From the NCBI RefSeq assembly GCF_000012925.1, contig NC_007517.1:1980001-2012000 (forward strand): DNA of 32,000 bases. The letters run 5' to 3'. The position numbers and the translations under genes are program-made. How positions within the stretch are numbered: position 1 is the stretch's first letter; each line of letters starts with the position of its first letter. Under the pieces are notes generated by a model. It was not told where the DNA came from. It made no database searches and saw nothing but the letters and a program-made list of their open reading frames with translations. Shown here in pieces: positions 21,285-30,292 of this stretch. Origin of the DNA: Geobacter metallireducens GS-15 (GTDB lineage Bacteria > Desulfobacterota > Desulfuromonadia > Geobacterales > Geobacteraceae).

Positions 21285-22460
21285 CTAAAATGGCACTTCA
21301 TCGGAATAGTCATTGGAGTATGCAGAATCGACTTCTTTCTCCCGCTCTATTTGCTTCACCCGACTTTCCAGGGTTTGCAGGAATTTTTCCGATAAGGAAC
21401 GGGGAATAGCTTTCGTTTTGCGCATGACCCCTTGTCTGTCACGCCAAACCCGCTCCCTTCTCGGAGCAGGGATAGAGAATCCAAAATCAGATATGCACCC
21501 CCCATTGTTTTCAATCTGCCAGTAGAAGTCCCTTTTAACCCTCCTGAAGGCTTCCCGGCGAGCCTCACCCTCTAGCCTGATCCGTTGGGGTTTGATCTTT
21601 TCCAGAAGGTTCTGAGTCATCCCATAGCGCTTGCCCTCGATGGGGCAATGCCCCTTGCTCATGTATTTGAGCATGTAGTGGGCCGCATGCTCCTGATTGC
21701 TGACTTTCTTGACGTTCACGCTGTTATTTGCCTGCCCCCAAATATCCACAAGCCACTGAACCGGAATGAAAGGCTGATCCACCAGCATGTGGAAATGGAT
21801 ATTCTGTGTGGTCTTCTCTTGGATTTCGGCAACCCAGATGTACGTCAGTTCCTGGTGATCTTTGCCTTGCTTTTCAAGCTTGCGGTCATATTTCTTCTTC
21901 AGAGTGTTTAGAAATCGCTTGAACTGCTTCTTGCCCCAATCTTGATTAACCCTGCCTTCATCGTCCAGTTGTGCCAGTTTCGGATCGAAAGTTAGGGTGA
22001 TAAAGAGCTTGAACGAGGTTAGGCCGCATTCCACTGCCCGCCGAATAGTCTTGCGCGCTTGCCGGGTAAACTCCTCGGATGCTATTTTCTCCCTTTTGTG
22101 GGGCATGGTTCGTCTGCCAGTCCGGTAGTACCCACCGGTTATCTCACCACTGGGAAAGATGGTGATGCAGGCACCTTTGCGGGGTTTCTCATTATCCCAC
22201 TTCTCAAAGAGGGCCTTTAACTCTGGTGTCAGAGTTTTCGAACTATTATCAAGTTCAAGAGGCAAAGGCGGAAAGTAACTCTCAAGGCCGGGGAGGGGAG
22301 GGGAAGGTGTGGCGGTTCTTTCCTCCGTCCCGCCAATGGTCCCGGCTAAGCCGGGAACCACAGGCGAGCCGGAGGGCTGTTTCTGGTGGTGTTCGGTTGT
22401 GTGTTCTGTGGATGGTAATTGTGGAGATGCTTGGTGTTGCTGTGATTGTTGCTTAAGCAT
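21285..22460 (-). CDS. HUH rolling-circle replication initiator (two-tyrosine, phiX174 gpA / P2 gpA type), 391 aa
   Basis: ORF 21285..22601. AGGAGG precedes ATG 22460 (the track start is TTG 22601 and overlaps the upstream gene). Motif I is FKLFITLTF, motif II NIHFHMLVD (HUH), motif III AAHYMLKYMSK (YxxKYxxK). Its stop overlaps the excisionase SD. Confidence 0.75.
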   Translation of the reverse strand: MLKQQSQQHQASPQLPSTEHTTEHHQKQPSGSPVVPGLAGTIGGTEERTATPSPPLPGLESYFPPLPLELDNSSKTLTPELKALFEKWDNEKPRKGACITIFPSGEITGGYYRTGRRTMPHKREKIASEEFTRQARKTIRRAVECGLTSFKLFITLTFDPKLAQLDDEGRVNQDWGKKQFKRFLNTLKKKYDRKLEKQGKDHQELTYIWVAEIQEKTTQNIHFHMLVDQPFIPVQWLVDIWGQANNSVNVKKVSNQEHAAHYMLKYMSKGHCPIEGKRYGMTQNLLEKIKPQRIRLEGEARREAFRRVKRDFYWQIENNGGCISDFGFSIPAPRRERVWRDRQGVMRKTKAIPRSLSEKFLQTLESRVKQIEREKEVDSAYSNDYSDEVPF

Positions 22461-22530
22461 GGGTCCTCCTAAGGATTGGAATTTTCCTAAGGAGTTGCCA
22501 TGAAGGCGGGCAGCGGTCGCGGAAATGGAT

Positions 22531-22893
22531 TTATTTTTGTTTTTCCGAAAGTTGGTACTTGTTTTGCCATTCAACCATCTTGGTCTTGATGGTCTTGTCA
22601 AAGCTTTCCGGACTTTTTATATCTGGATCGATTTCAGTTCCATCGAAGTCTCTTGCCAATGCATCGTACAAACGGCGGATTTCTGGCCATTCAAAGGGTT
22701 TGTGCAAGGCTTCGGCAATTGCGGCGATGAGGGCGCCATAATCGCTCTTGACGCTCAATCTCGCTTTGCTGATATCACTATAGGATGTGATCGGCAGCTT
22801 CTTAACCGCATCTATGACCTTCTCGTAATCGTTCTGCTTGCCTTGGAGGCGTAAGGTTTGAATCTGATATCCTATGGCAGGATCGTGTATCAT
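22531..22893 (-). CDS. hypothetical protein, 120 aa
   Basis: Only long ORF in an AT-richer segment and co-directional with Rep. It has no recognisable motif and no clear SD. Confidence 0.4.
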   Translation of the reverse strand: MIHDPAIGYQIQTLRLQGKQNDYEKVIDAVKKLPITSYSDISKARLSVKSDYGALIAAIAEALHKPFEWPEIRRLYDALARDFDGTEIDPDIKSPESFDKTIKTKMVEWQNKYQLSEKQK

Positions 22894-23006
22894 AAGCGGA
22901 TCAAGTTTTAACAGGTTGTTGAAAAACTAAACCTTTTTGATTCAATAAGTTAGCGAACTGTGCTATATTTTTACGCGTAACAATCTGAATTTACAGGAGA
23001 AAAGTT

Positions 23007-23182
23007 ATGCGCGGCGCCGAGACAAAAACCGAAGCTCTGTTCTGTTATCTCTCCCCTGAGTCGTACGTCCCGAAGGACCACCCCTTGCGGTCGATCAGGG
23101 CGATGGTGGATAAGGCCCTTGCAGAGCTCAGCCCGCAATTCGAGGCCATGTACTCCCACACCGGCCGGCCCTCGATTCCTCC
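23007..23182 (+). pseudogene. 5' stub of an IS5/IS1182-superfamily transposase (InsH N-terminal domain), truncated by IS21 insertion
   Basis: AGGAGA SD is present. MRGAETKTEALFCYLSPESYVPKDHPLRSIRAMVDKALAELSPQFEAMYSHTGRPSIPP is the conserved DUF772/InsH_N start of these transposases. The reading frame is broken exactly where the IS21 terminal repeat begins (23183). Confidence 0.7.
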
Positions 23183-23247
23183 TGTGTCAACGGCAATCGA
23201 AAATTGACCCACTTTACCGGTTGATCGGCAATTGAAAAATGACCCAC
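23183..23247. repeat. IS21 terminal repeat block at the istB-proximal end
   Basis: TGTGTCAACGGCAATCGAAAATTGACCCAC ... CGGCAATTGAAAAATGACCCAC. Confidence 0.8.
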
Positions 23248-23256
23248 CTTCCTGGG

Positions 23257-25091
<1,835 letters not shown>

Positions 25092-25108
25092 CTAGGTTAT
25101 CAGGAAGA

Positions 25109-25160
25109 GTGGGTCAATTTTCAATTTCCGAGGTGGGTCATTTTTACATTGCCGCTAACA
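25109..25160. repeat. IS21 terminal repeat block at the istA-proximal end
   Basis: GTGGGTCAATTTTCAATTTCCG and GTGGGTCATTTTTACATTGCCGCTAACA are inverted copies of the repeats at 23183-23247. Confidence 0.8.
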
Positions 25161-25165
25161 CCTCG

Positions 25166-25573
25166 TTGAAGCATATCCACGTCACCTGCGCCATCATCGA
25201 GCGAGACGGTCTCGTCCTTGCCGCCCAGCGGAGCGCCGTCATGAGCCTGCCGCTCAAGTGGGAGTTTCCCGGTGGTAAGATCGACCCCGGTGAATCGCCC
25301 GAAGAATGCCTCCGACGGGAGTTGGTGGAGGAGATGGCGGTTCACGTGCGCGTGGGACAGAGTCTTCCCGTCAGCACCCATCAATACCCGACGTTCTCGG
25401 TCACGCTTTATCCCTTTCTCTGCACCATCGAATCGGGAGAGATCGTCCTCCACGAACACGTTGCCGTAACCTGGCTTCCTCCCGATGAACTCCACACCCT
25501 CGACTGGGCCGAGGCCGATCTGCCGGTGATTAAGTCTTATCAGCAGGGATGCCGGATGAGGGACCATAGCTGA
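25166..25573 (+). CDS. MutT-type Nudix hydrolase, about 135 aa (start uncertain)
   Basis: Nudix box GGKIDPGESPEECLRRELVEEMAV and WEFPGGK context. TTG 25166 gives MKHIHVTCAIIERDG, typical of MutT N-termini. The track ORF start (GTG 25109) lies inside the IS21 terminal repeat. Confidence 0.8.
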   Translation: MKHIHVTCAIIERDGLVLAAQRSAVMSLPLKWEFPGGKIDPGESPEECLRRELVEEMAVHVRVGQSLPVSTHQYPTFSVTLYPFLCTIESGEIVLHEHVAVTWLPPDELHTLDWAEADLPVIKSYQQGCRMRDHS

Positions 25574-25589
25574 GAACACTGAGTGTAAA

Positions 25590-25756
25590 ATGGTGCTTAA
25601 TGGCCCATGTGAAGCGGTGGCCTACCTGAATGCGGCCATTGAGGAAGTGATCGAGAGGTCTTTCTTATGTTCTGGCGCAACGTGGCCGAGGCCAATGGGG
25701 TGATAGGAGAGTGGCTGCGGAGCCGCATGTTTGCGGAGGGGCAAGGGAAGGGGTAA
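25590..25756 (+). pseudogene. possible frameshifted remnant of a HigA-like addiction-module antidote gene
   Basis: Frame A reads MVLNGPCEAVAYLNAAIEEVIERSFL.., frame B continues FWRNVAEANGVIGEWL... The AYLNAAxEE and (L)RNVAEAxG strings recall the N-terminal half of these antitoxins. The HTH half is missing. Confidence 0.3.
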
Positions 25757-25816
25757 TGTTGATAACAAAAAAATCTTGTATGGACGGTGAGATACCGATA
25801 TTCTGATACTAAATAG

Positions 25817-25830
25817 AGAACATATGTTCT
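25817..25830. promoter_or_regulatory. perfect 14-bp palindrome AGAACATATGTTCT, candidate operator
   Basis: Perfect inverted repeat 29 nt upstream of the winged-helix gene start, in an AT-rich intergenic region. It has GAAC-N4-GTTC geometry. Confidence 0.5.
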
Positions 25831-25858
25831 TTAAATAAGATCATAAACGGGGCGGAAC

Positions 25859-26188
25859 ATGCTCGAACCATTGCTGTCATCAACCAACTGCGAACGTGTA
25901 TTGATCTTCATCGCTGCTCGCGGTGAGGGGTATCTTCGAGAGATGGCAGATTTCTACCAGACTGCGCCGGCGCCGCTACTCAAACAATTAGAAAAGTTGG
26001 AAAACGGCGGGGTCCTCTTCAGCCGCCTGGCCGGTCGCACTCGCCTCTACGGCTTCAATCCGCGCTACCCATTTCTTAATGAACTGAGGGCCCTGCTGGA
26101 CAAGGCACTGACCTTTTACCCAGAGGATATTCGCGTTGGCCTCCAGGAAAACAGGCGTCGGCCGCGGCGCAAGGGCAAGCCGCTATGA
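25859..26188 (+). CDS. small winged-helix (ArsR/MarR-like) DNA-binding protein, 109 aa, with basic tail
   Basis: NCERVLIFIAARGEGYLREMADFYQTAPAPLLKQLEKLENGGVLFSRLAGRTRLYGFN is a wHTH pattern. The C-terminus is RRRPRRKGKPL. The stop overlaps the next start (ATGA). Confidence 0.65.
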   Translation: MLEPLLSSTNCERVLIFIAARGEGYLREMADFYQTAPAPLLKQLEKLENGGVLFSRLAGRTRLYGFNPRYPFLNELRALLDKALTFYPEDIRVGLQENRRRPRRKGKPL

Positions 26189-26721
26189 AACCGCTCAAAG
26201 AGATGACCATTGGCGAAATTGCCGCCTATGTGGCCGCACACCTTCGCCAGGGCGGCGTCGAAGTGGTACTGACAGGCGGCAGCTGCGTCTCAATCTACAC
26301 AGACAACCGCTATCTCTCCTATGACCTGGACTTCATTGAAGTGGGCAGAGCCTCCAGAAAGAAAATTGCTGCCATCCTCATGGAGATCGGCTTCCTGGAG
26401 AAGGATCGCTACTTTATCCATCCTGACACAATGTATTTCGTGGAATTTCCTTCCGGCCCGCTGGCACTCGGCGCCGAACCCGCTGGTGCCATAGCAGAGC
26501 TTGAGTTTGCCACCGGCACGTTGCGCCTCCTCTCTCCGACCGATTGCGTCAAGGACCGGCTGGCCGGTTATTACCATTGGCTGGATCGACAGTGCCTGGA
26601 GCAGGCGATCATGGTGGCACACGATGCTGAGATTGACTTGGAAGAGGTGGAACGCTGGTCGCAGCAGGAAGGAATGGGGGAGGAGTTCGAACGGATCAAG
26701 ACCTTTTTGCTGGCACAATGA
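26185..26721 (+). CDS. minimal nucleotidyltransferase-fold protein (AbiEii/MNT-like), 178 aa
   Basis: VVLTGGSCVSIYTDNRYLSYDLDFIE matches the GG(S/A)-x(9-13)-R-x-S/T-x-D-h-D-F polymerase-beta-type NTase signature. The gene is translationally coupled to the wHTH gene. Confidence 0.55.
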   Translation: MKPLKEMTIGEIAAYVAAHLRQGGVEVVLTGGSCVSIYTDNRYLSYDLDFIEVGRASRKKIAAILMEIGFLEKDRYFIHPDTMYFVEFPSGPLALGAEPAGAIAELEFATGTLRLLSPTDCVKDRLAGYYHWLDRQCLEQAIMVAHDAEIDLEEVERWSQQEGMGEEFERIKTFLLAQ

Positions 26722-26837
26722 AATGAAAGATATGGTGAGAGTAGAAAATGGATTCTGTTGATACGAGATGAGTATTGTGTCCCCCGAATTCTGTCATGTT
26801 TGAGGATAACCGAAGGGGTGGATAGGATGATTTGCCT

Positions 26838-29800
26838 ATGAATGGGAAAAGGGTCTTCATCAGTTATAGTCATGATTCTGCCGAGCACCGTGACAAGGTG
26901 CTCGGCCTCGGTGCCTGCTTGTTGCGCGACGGCTGTGATTGCCGCATCGATCTCTACAAGGATACCGACGAAGACTGGCCGCTGTGGATGACTCGCCAGT
27001 TGACCGAAGCAGATTTTATTGTCTGCGTGGTCACTGAAACCTATGCTCGACGGTTTAACGACAAGGAGTTGCCGGACAGGGGGCTAGGTGTTGGATGGGA
27101 ATCAGGTCTGATAAGACGTCTGCTGTATCAAAAGAAACTCCATAATGACCGGATATTCCCAGTGTTCTTTGATAAGTCGGATGACCATCACATCCCTCTT
27201 GAGCTTGTAGGTTACGATTATTTCATTCTCGACAATCACACTGGATACGAGACGCTTTTACGAAAGGTCTTGAACCGCCCGCTTCACCTTAAGCCCTCTA
27301 TCGGTTCCGAGCCTGAACTCAGGACCAGTACAGCCACGCCGTTATTTGCACGTCCCAGTGAAGAGCCGCAATCAGACAGAATCGACGCACCAGCAGTTGA
27401 GTCACCGTTGGAATCCAAATATCACGGCAAGCAACGAAGAGGGTTACTTCAGTTCTTTGTCTCCGATTGGTTACCGAACGGCCCTCCAGTCGCCATCGTA
27501 CAAGGTTTCCCTGGCAGCGGGAAAACCCAGCTTGCCTCATCCATCGTGGAGCAGACGCCGAAAGTCATTGTTGTGCGGCACGAACCTCAACTGGAAACGC
27601 AAAATCCTTCTTTGGATCTTCTCACCGACTTAGCACTAGACCTTGATTACGAAGGTATTCCTGATTTGATGCAGGAACTTGAGAAAGGCGCTGAAGGCGA
27701 TCTTTTCAATGCACTGCTCGTGACATTGCACAGAGAGAAAATTCTGATCATCATCGATGAATTCCAGCGCCTCTTGTCTCCAAACGAAAATTTGCCGCCA
27801 GATCAATGGCAGCATTTTTTTGAACGCCTTATTAATGCTCCTCACGTGGCAGGCCGTCTGTTACTCATCAGCAACCGTTACGTGAAAAGAGCTCGTTGGT
27901 GTGAGAAGTCAGTTTCAAGGGAACTGAAAGGGCTAACTGAGCTTGAATCAGCGGAGTTTCTGTCCGAATCTCTTGCATTAAGTGGGTTAACGGCAAATGT
28001 TCCATCGGACAGGTTCGTTGAGGTGGGCCGTCGCTTGGGTGGCAATCCTCGGGCAATTAAAACGCTGGTAGAGGGCCTGAAATACTATCCGATGGATGAA
28101 TTGATTTCACTCGCCCCCAGACCGGACGGTACCCTTAACCCCGAATTGGTGCAGGATTTTGAGCGGGAGCTGATAGAACGCACACTTTCCAGAATTGATG
28201 GTGGGCTTTTGCGGTTTATGCGACGCCTCGCGGTGTATCGACGACCATTCAGAAACGAGATATATGCCGAATACACCGACTCTGAACTTCCGCCACATTC
28301 ACTTCGAAAACAGCTTATTGACCGGTATCTGCTGGAATTTTCCAACAGCGGCGACACCTTGCATCCATTGGCTCGGGAAATCAGCCTTGCCCGTCTTCGA
28401 GAAGACAACGAGGAGTGGTGTCTAGCTCACGGACTTGCCGCCAATTATTACTTCAATGTTTTCAAAAATCCGCAAATTTCCGGGGCAAAAAAGCTGGCTT
28501 CGTCTTACGCCGAATTGCGTCATCATCTTTTTGAATCGGGTCGTATAGATGAACTGTATCAGGCCAGCGCAAAGCTCAGTGCTTTCGCCATCGCCCTACT
28601 TCCCAAGCCTGCGCAATCCAAGGTCCCGGATAACCTTGAAACCTTGGAAGAGCATATTGCCCTGATTAGCGCACTTCCGGAAACGCAGAGAACAAAAGGG
28701 TTGGAGTATCACCTTGCTTTGTGCCTGAAACATCGGAATATCGGTGATGATCTTCACAATGCTCTCAAACACGTGCGTAGAGCAACTGGTCCTCATGCCT
28801 ACTACGCGGTCTGGTTGCTGCTGCTTGACCTTGAATACACCATCAACGGTGTTGATGCCATGATGGACGCGCAACGGGAAGCCATCAGATTTTTGGGGAG
28901 CGGGAGCAACGCTTTTGCGGTTTATCATCATTGCGCTCACCTTCTCAGAAAAAGTGACAAACTGGATGATGCCATCAAGCTATTGGAGAATGCCGTCACC
29001 ATTCCAGGAATCGCCTGTGTTACGTCATTAATCAGCCTGTGTGCTAGATGCATGGAGGAAGCCGGAAGGTTTGATGACGCCATCGACTTTTTGAAGAAGG
29101 GCGTGGTAATGACGAATGTACAGGAACTCGGTACTGTTTATATTCACTGTGCGGGATTGTTGGCTCGCCTGAATCGCATGGACGAGGCGATAACATTTCT
29201 GAAAGAGGGGCTATATGTCCCTGGAATGACGAAATATTATTCGGTCTATCTTCTCCTCGCCGAAAACCTTGTTAATGAGGGGCGTGATGAAGAGGCTATC
29301 CGACTCCTGAAAAGCGGGGTTCACGATAGCCGTGTACTCGACGCCAAATTGATGTATCGCTATGTTGCAGAACTTCTCGTGAAGAACGGCCGAACTTCGG
29401 AAGCTGTCTCATTACTGCAACGCGGGATTATTTCACGTCAGGTAAAGGACCAACTGCCGCTTTATCATTATCTTGCCGAATTATTGGGAAAAAACGGTGA
29501 ATCCAATACCGGCGTTAAAATTCTCAAGAAGGCGATGACCAACCCGCGAACTAGGTTAGAGCCCTCAATTTATCGGGCCTGCGCCGATTTGTTGTCCAAT
29601 GCAAAGGACTTAGATGGTGCCATCGAAGTATTGCAGAAAGGGTTGCAGGAGCCCAAGCTGAAGGAAAAGAACCAATTGGCGCAAAAATGTGCTGAAATGG
29701 CGGTGTGGCAGGGCCGCCTTGATGAAGCTATTGCAATTCTTTTGACAAGGATTGATGGAAACGAATACCACAACATTGACTTCATTTACAAAGACTGCGC

Positions 29801-30287
29801 TGATTATATGGTTAAGGCTAATCGGATTGAAGAAGCTATTTCCTTGATGAAGCGGGGGATTGAAGTTCCGGGGTTGACCAACAAAGGAGTAATTTATCAA
29901 AAATGCGCCAAACTACTGGCGCAGGTTGGTCGTGCTGATGAAGGAATTAAACTTCTACAAACGGCTATGCAAATTCCGAGATTGCCGGGTAGAATCATGC
30001 TCTATCAAACGTGTTCGGACCTCCTGGCTGAATTGGGCCAGGCTCGGGAAGCAATTAAGCTTCTTAAAAACGGCATAAACGGCCCACGGATGGGGAATAT
30101 CGCGTCATTGATCATGCGATGTGCTGAGCTGCTGGCTGCTGAAGGGCGGCTAGAAGAGGCAATTGAACTATTGTTAAAGGGGATCAATAATTCTCCTAAT
30201 GATAGACAGTTGAGCGAACGCTTGGTGAAATTAAAAGAACTCTACGGAGGCAGTCCGAGCTTTCTAGATAAGCTACCGACACAATAA
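26838..30287 (+). CDS. SEFIR/TIR-like domain + P-loop STAND NTPase + 36-aa helical-repeat protein (candidate antiphage NLR-like sensor-effector), 1149 aa
   Basis: ORF 26832..30287, first ATG 26838. N-terminus KRVFISYSHDSAEHRDKVLGLGACLLRDGCDCRIDLY...GLGVGWESGLI is a SEFIR/TIR signature. Walker A is VQGFPGSGKTQ and Walker B KILIIIDEFQ. A helical region follows, then 12 tandem 36-aa repeats. GC is markedly lower than in the flanks. Confidence 0.8.
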   Translation: MNGKRVFISYSHDSAEHRDKVLGLGACLLRDGCDCRIDLYKDTDEDWPLWMTRQLTEADFIVCVVTETYARRFNDKELPDRGLGVGWESGLIRRLLYQKKLHNDRIFPVFFDKSDDHHIPLELVGYDYFILDNHTGYETLLRKVLNRPLHLKPSIGSEPELRTSTATPLFARPSEEPQSDRIDAPAVESPLESKYHGKQRRGLLQFFVSDWLPNGPPVAIVQGFPGSGKTQLASSIVEQTPKVIVVRHEPQLETQNPSLDLLTDLALDLDYEGIPDLMQELEKGAEGDLFNALLVTLHREKILIIIDEFQRLLSPNENLPPDQWQHFFERLINAPHVAGRLLLISNRYVKRARWCEKSVSRELKGLTELESAEFLSESLALSGLTANVPSDRFVEVGRRLGGNPRAIKTLVEGLKYYPMDELISLAPRPDGTLNPELVQDFERELIERTLSRIDGGLLRFMRRLAVYRRPFRNEIYAEYTDSELPPHSLRKQLIDRYLLEFSNSGDTLHPLAREISLARLREDNEEWCLAHGLAANYYFNVFKNPQISGAKKLASSYAELRHHLFESGRIDELYQASAKLSAFAIALLPKPAQSKVPDNLETLEEHIALISALPETQRTKGLEYHLALCLKHRNIGDDLHNALKHVRRATGPHAYYAVWLLLLDLEYTINGVDAMMDAQREAIRFLGSGSNAFAVYHHCAHLLRKSDKLDDAIKLLENAVTIPGIACVTSLISLCARCMEEAGRFDDAIDFLKKGVVMTNVQELGTVYIHCAGLLARLNRMDEAITFLKEGLYVPGMTKYYSVYLLLAENLVNEGRDEEAIRLLKSGVHDSRVLDAKLMYRYVAELLVKNGRTSEAVSLLQRGIISRQVKDQLPLYHYLAELLGKNGESNTGVKILKKAMTNPRTRLEPSIYRACADLLSNAKDLDGAIEVLQKGLQEPKLKEKNQLAQKCAEMAVWQGRLDEAIAILLTRIDGNEYHNIDFIYKDCADYMVKANRIEEAISLMKRGIEVPGLTNKGVIYQKCAKLLAQVGRADEGIKLLQTAMQIPRLPGRIMLYQTCSDLLAELGQAREAIKLLKNGINGPRMGNIASLIMRCAELLAAEGRLEEAIELLLKGINNSPNDRQLSERLVKLKELYGGSPSFLDKLPTQ
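28911..30206 (+). repeat. 12 in-frame tandem 108-nt (36-aa) coding repeats, TPR-like solenoid
   Basis: Consensus is xxxxYxxCAxLLxxxGRxDEAIxLLxxGxxxPxxxx. The anchor residue falls at ORF-track positions 701, 737, 773, 809, 845, 881, 917, 953, 989, 1025, 1061 and 1097, a constant 36 spacing with no indels. Two more degenerate units lie upstream (about residues 622-693). Confidence 0.85.
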
Positions 30288-30292
30288 CTTAG

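Noticed and set aside
22894-23006. A Rep nick site / double-strand origin or a promoter in the AT-rich region, with the imperfect hairpin AGTTTTAAC...GTTGAAAAACT.
   Set aside because: The hairpin is bulged and short. The region may equally be the left end of the IS5-like element. There is no recognisable nick-site consensus.
25166-25573. A functional link between the Nudix gene and the SEFIR NADase-like protein, for example ADP-ribose or signal hydrolysis.
   Set aside because: The Nudix sequence looks like MutT/NudG-type NTP pyrophosphohydrolases (WEFPGGK context). It has host-like GC, and it is separated from the cassette by a compositional break and a pseudogene remnant. Nothing in the sequence supports coupling.
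25817-25830. Annotating AGAACATATGTTCT as a LexA (SOS) box.
   Set aside because: It fits the Firmicute GAAC-N4-GTTC consensus. As far as I recall, Geobacter-type LexA recognises a different motif. Its position in front of an autoregulator-like wHTH gene makes a private operator the simpler explanation.
28911-30206. Regular 108-nt periodicity that could suggest a CRISPR-like or satellite array.
   Set aside because: The periodicity is at the protein level inside one continuous ORF. The nucleotide units are diverged and there are no identical direct repeats separated by unique spacers. No CRISPR array is present anywhere in the window.
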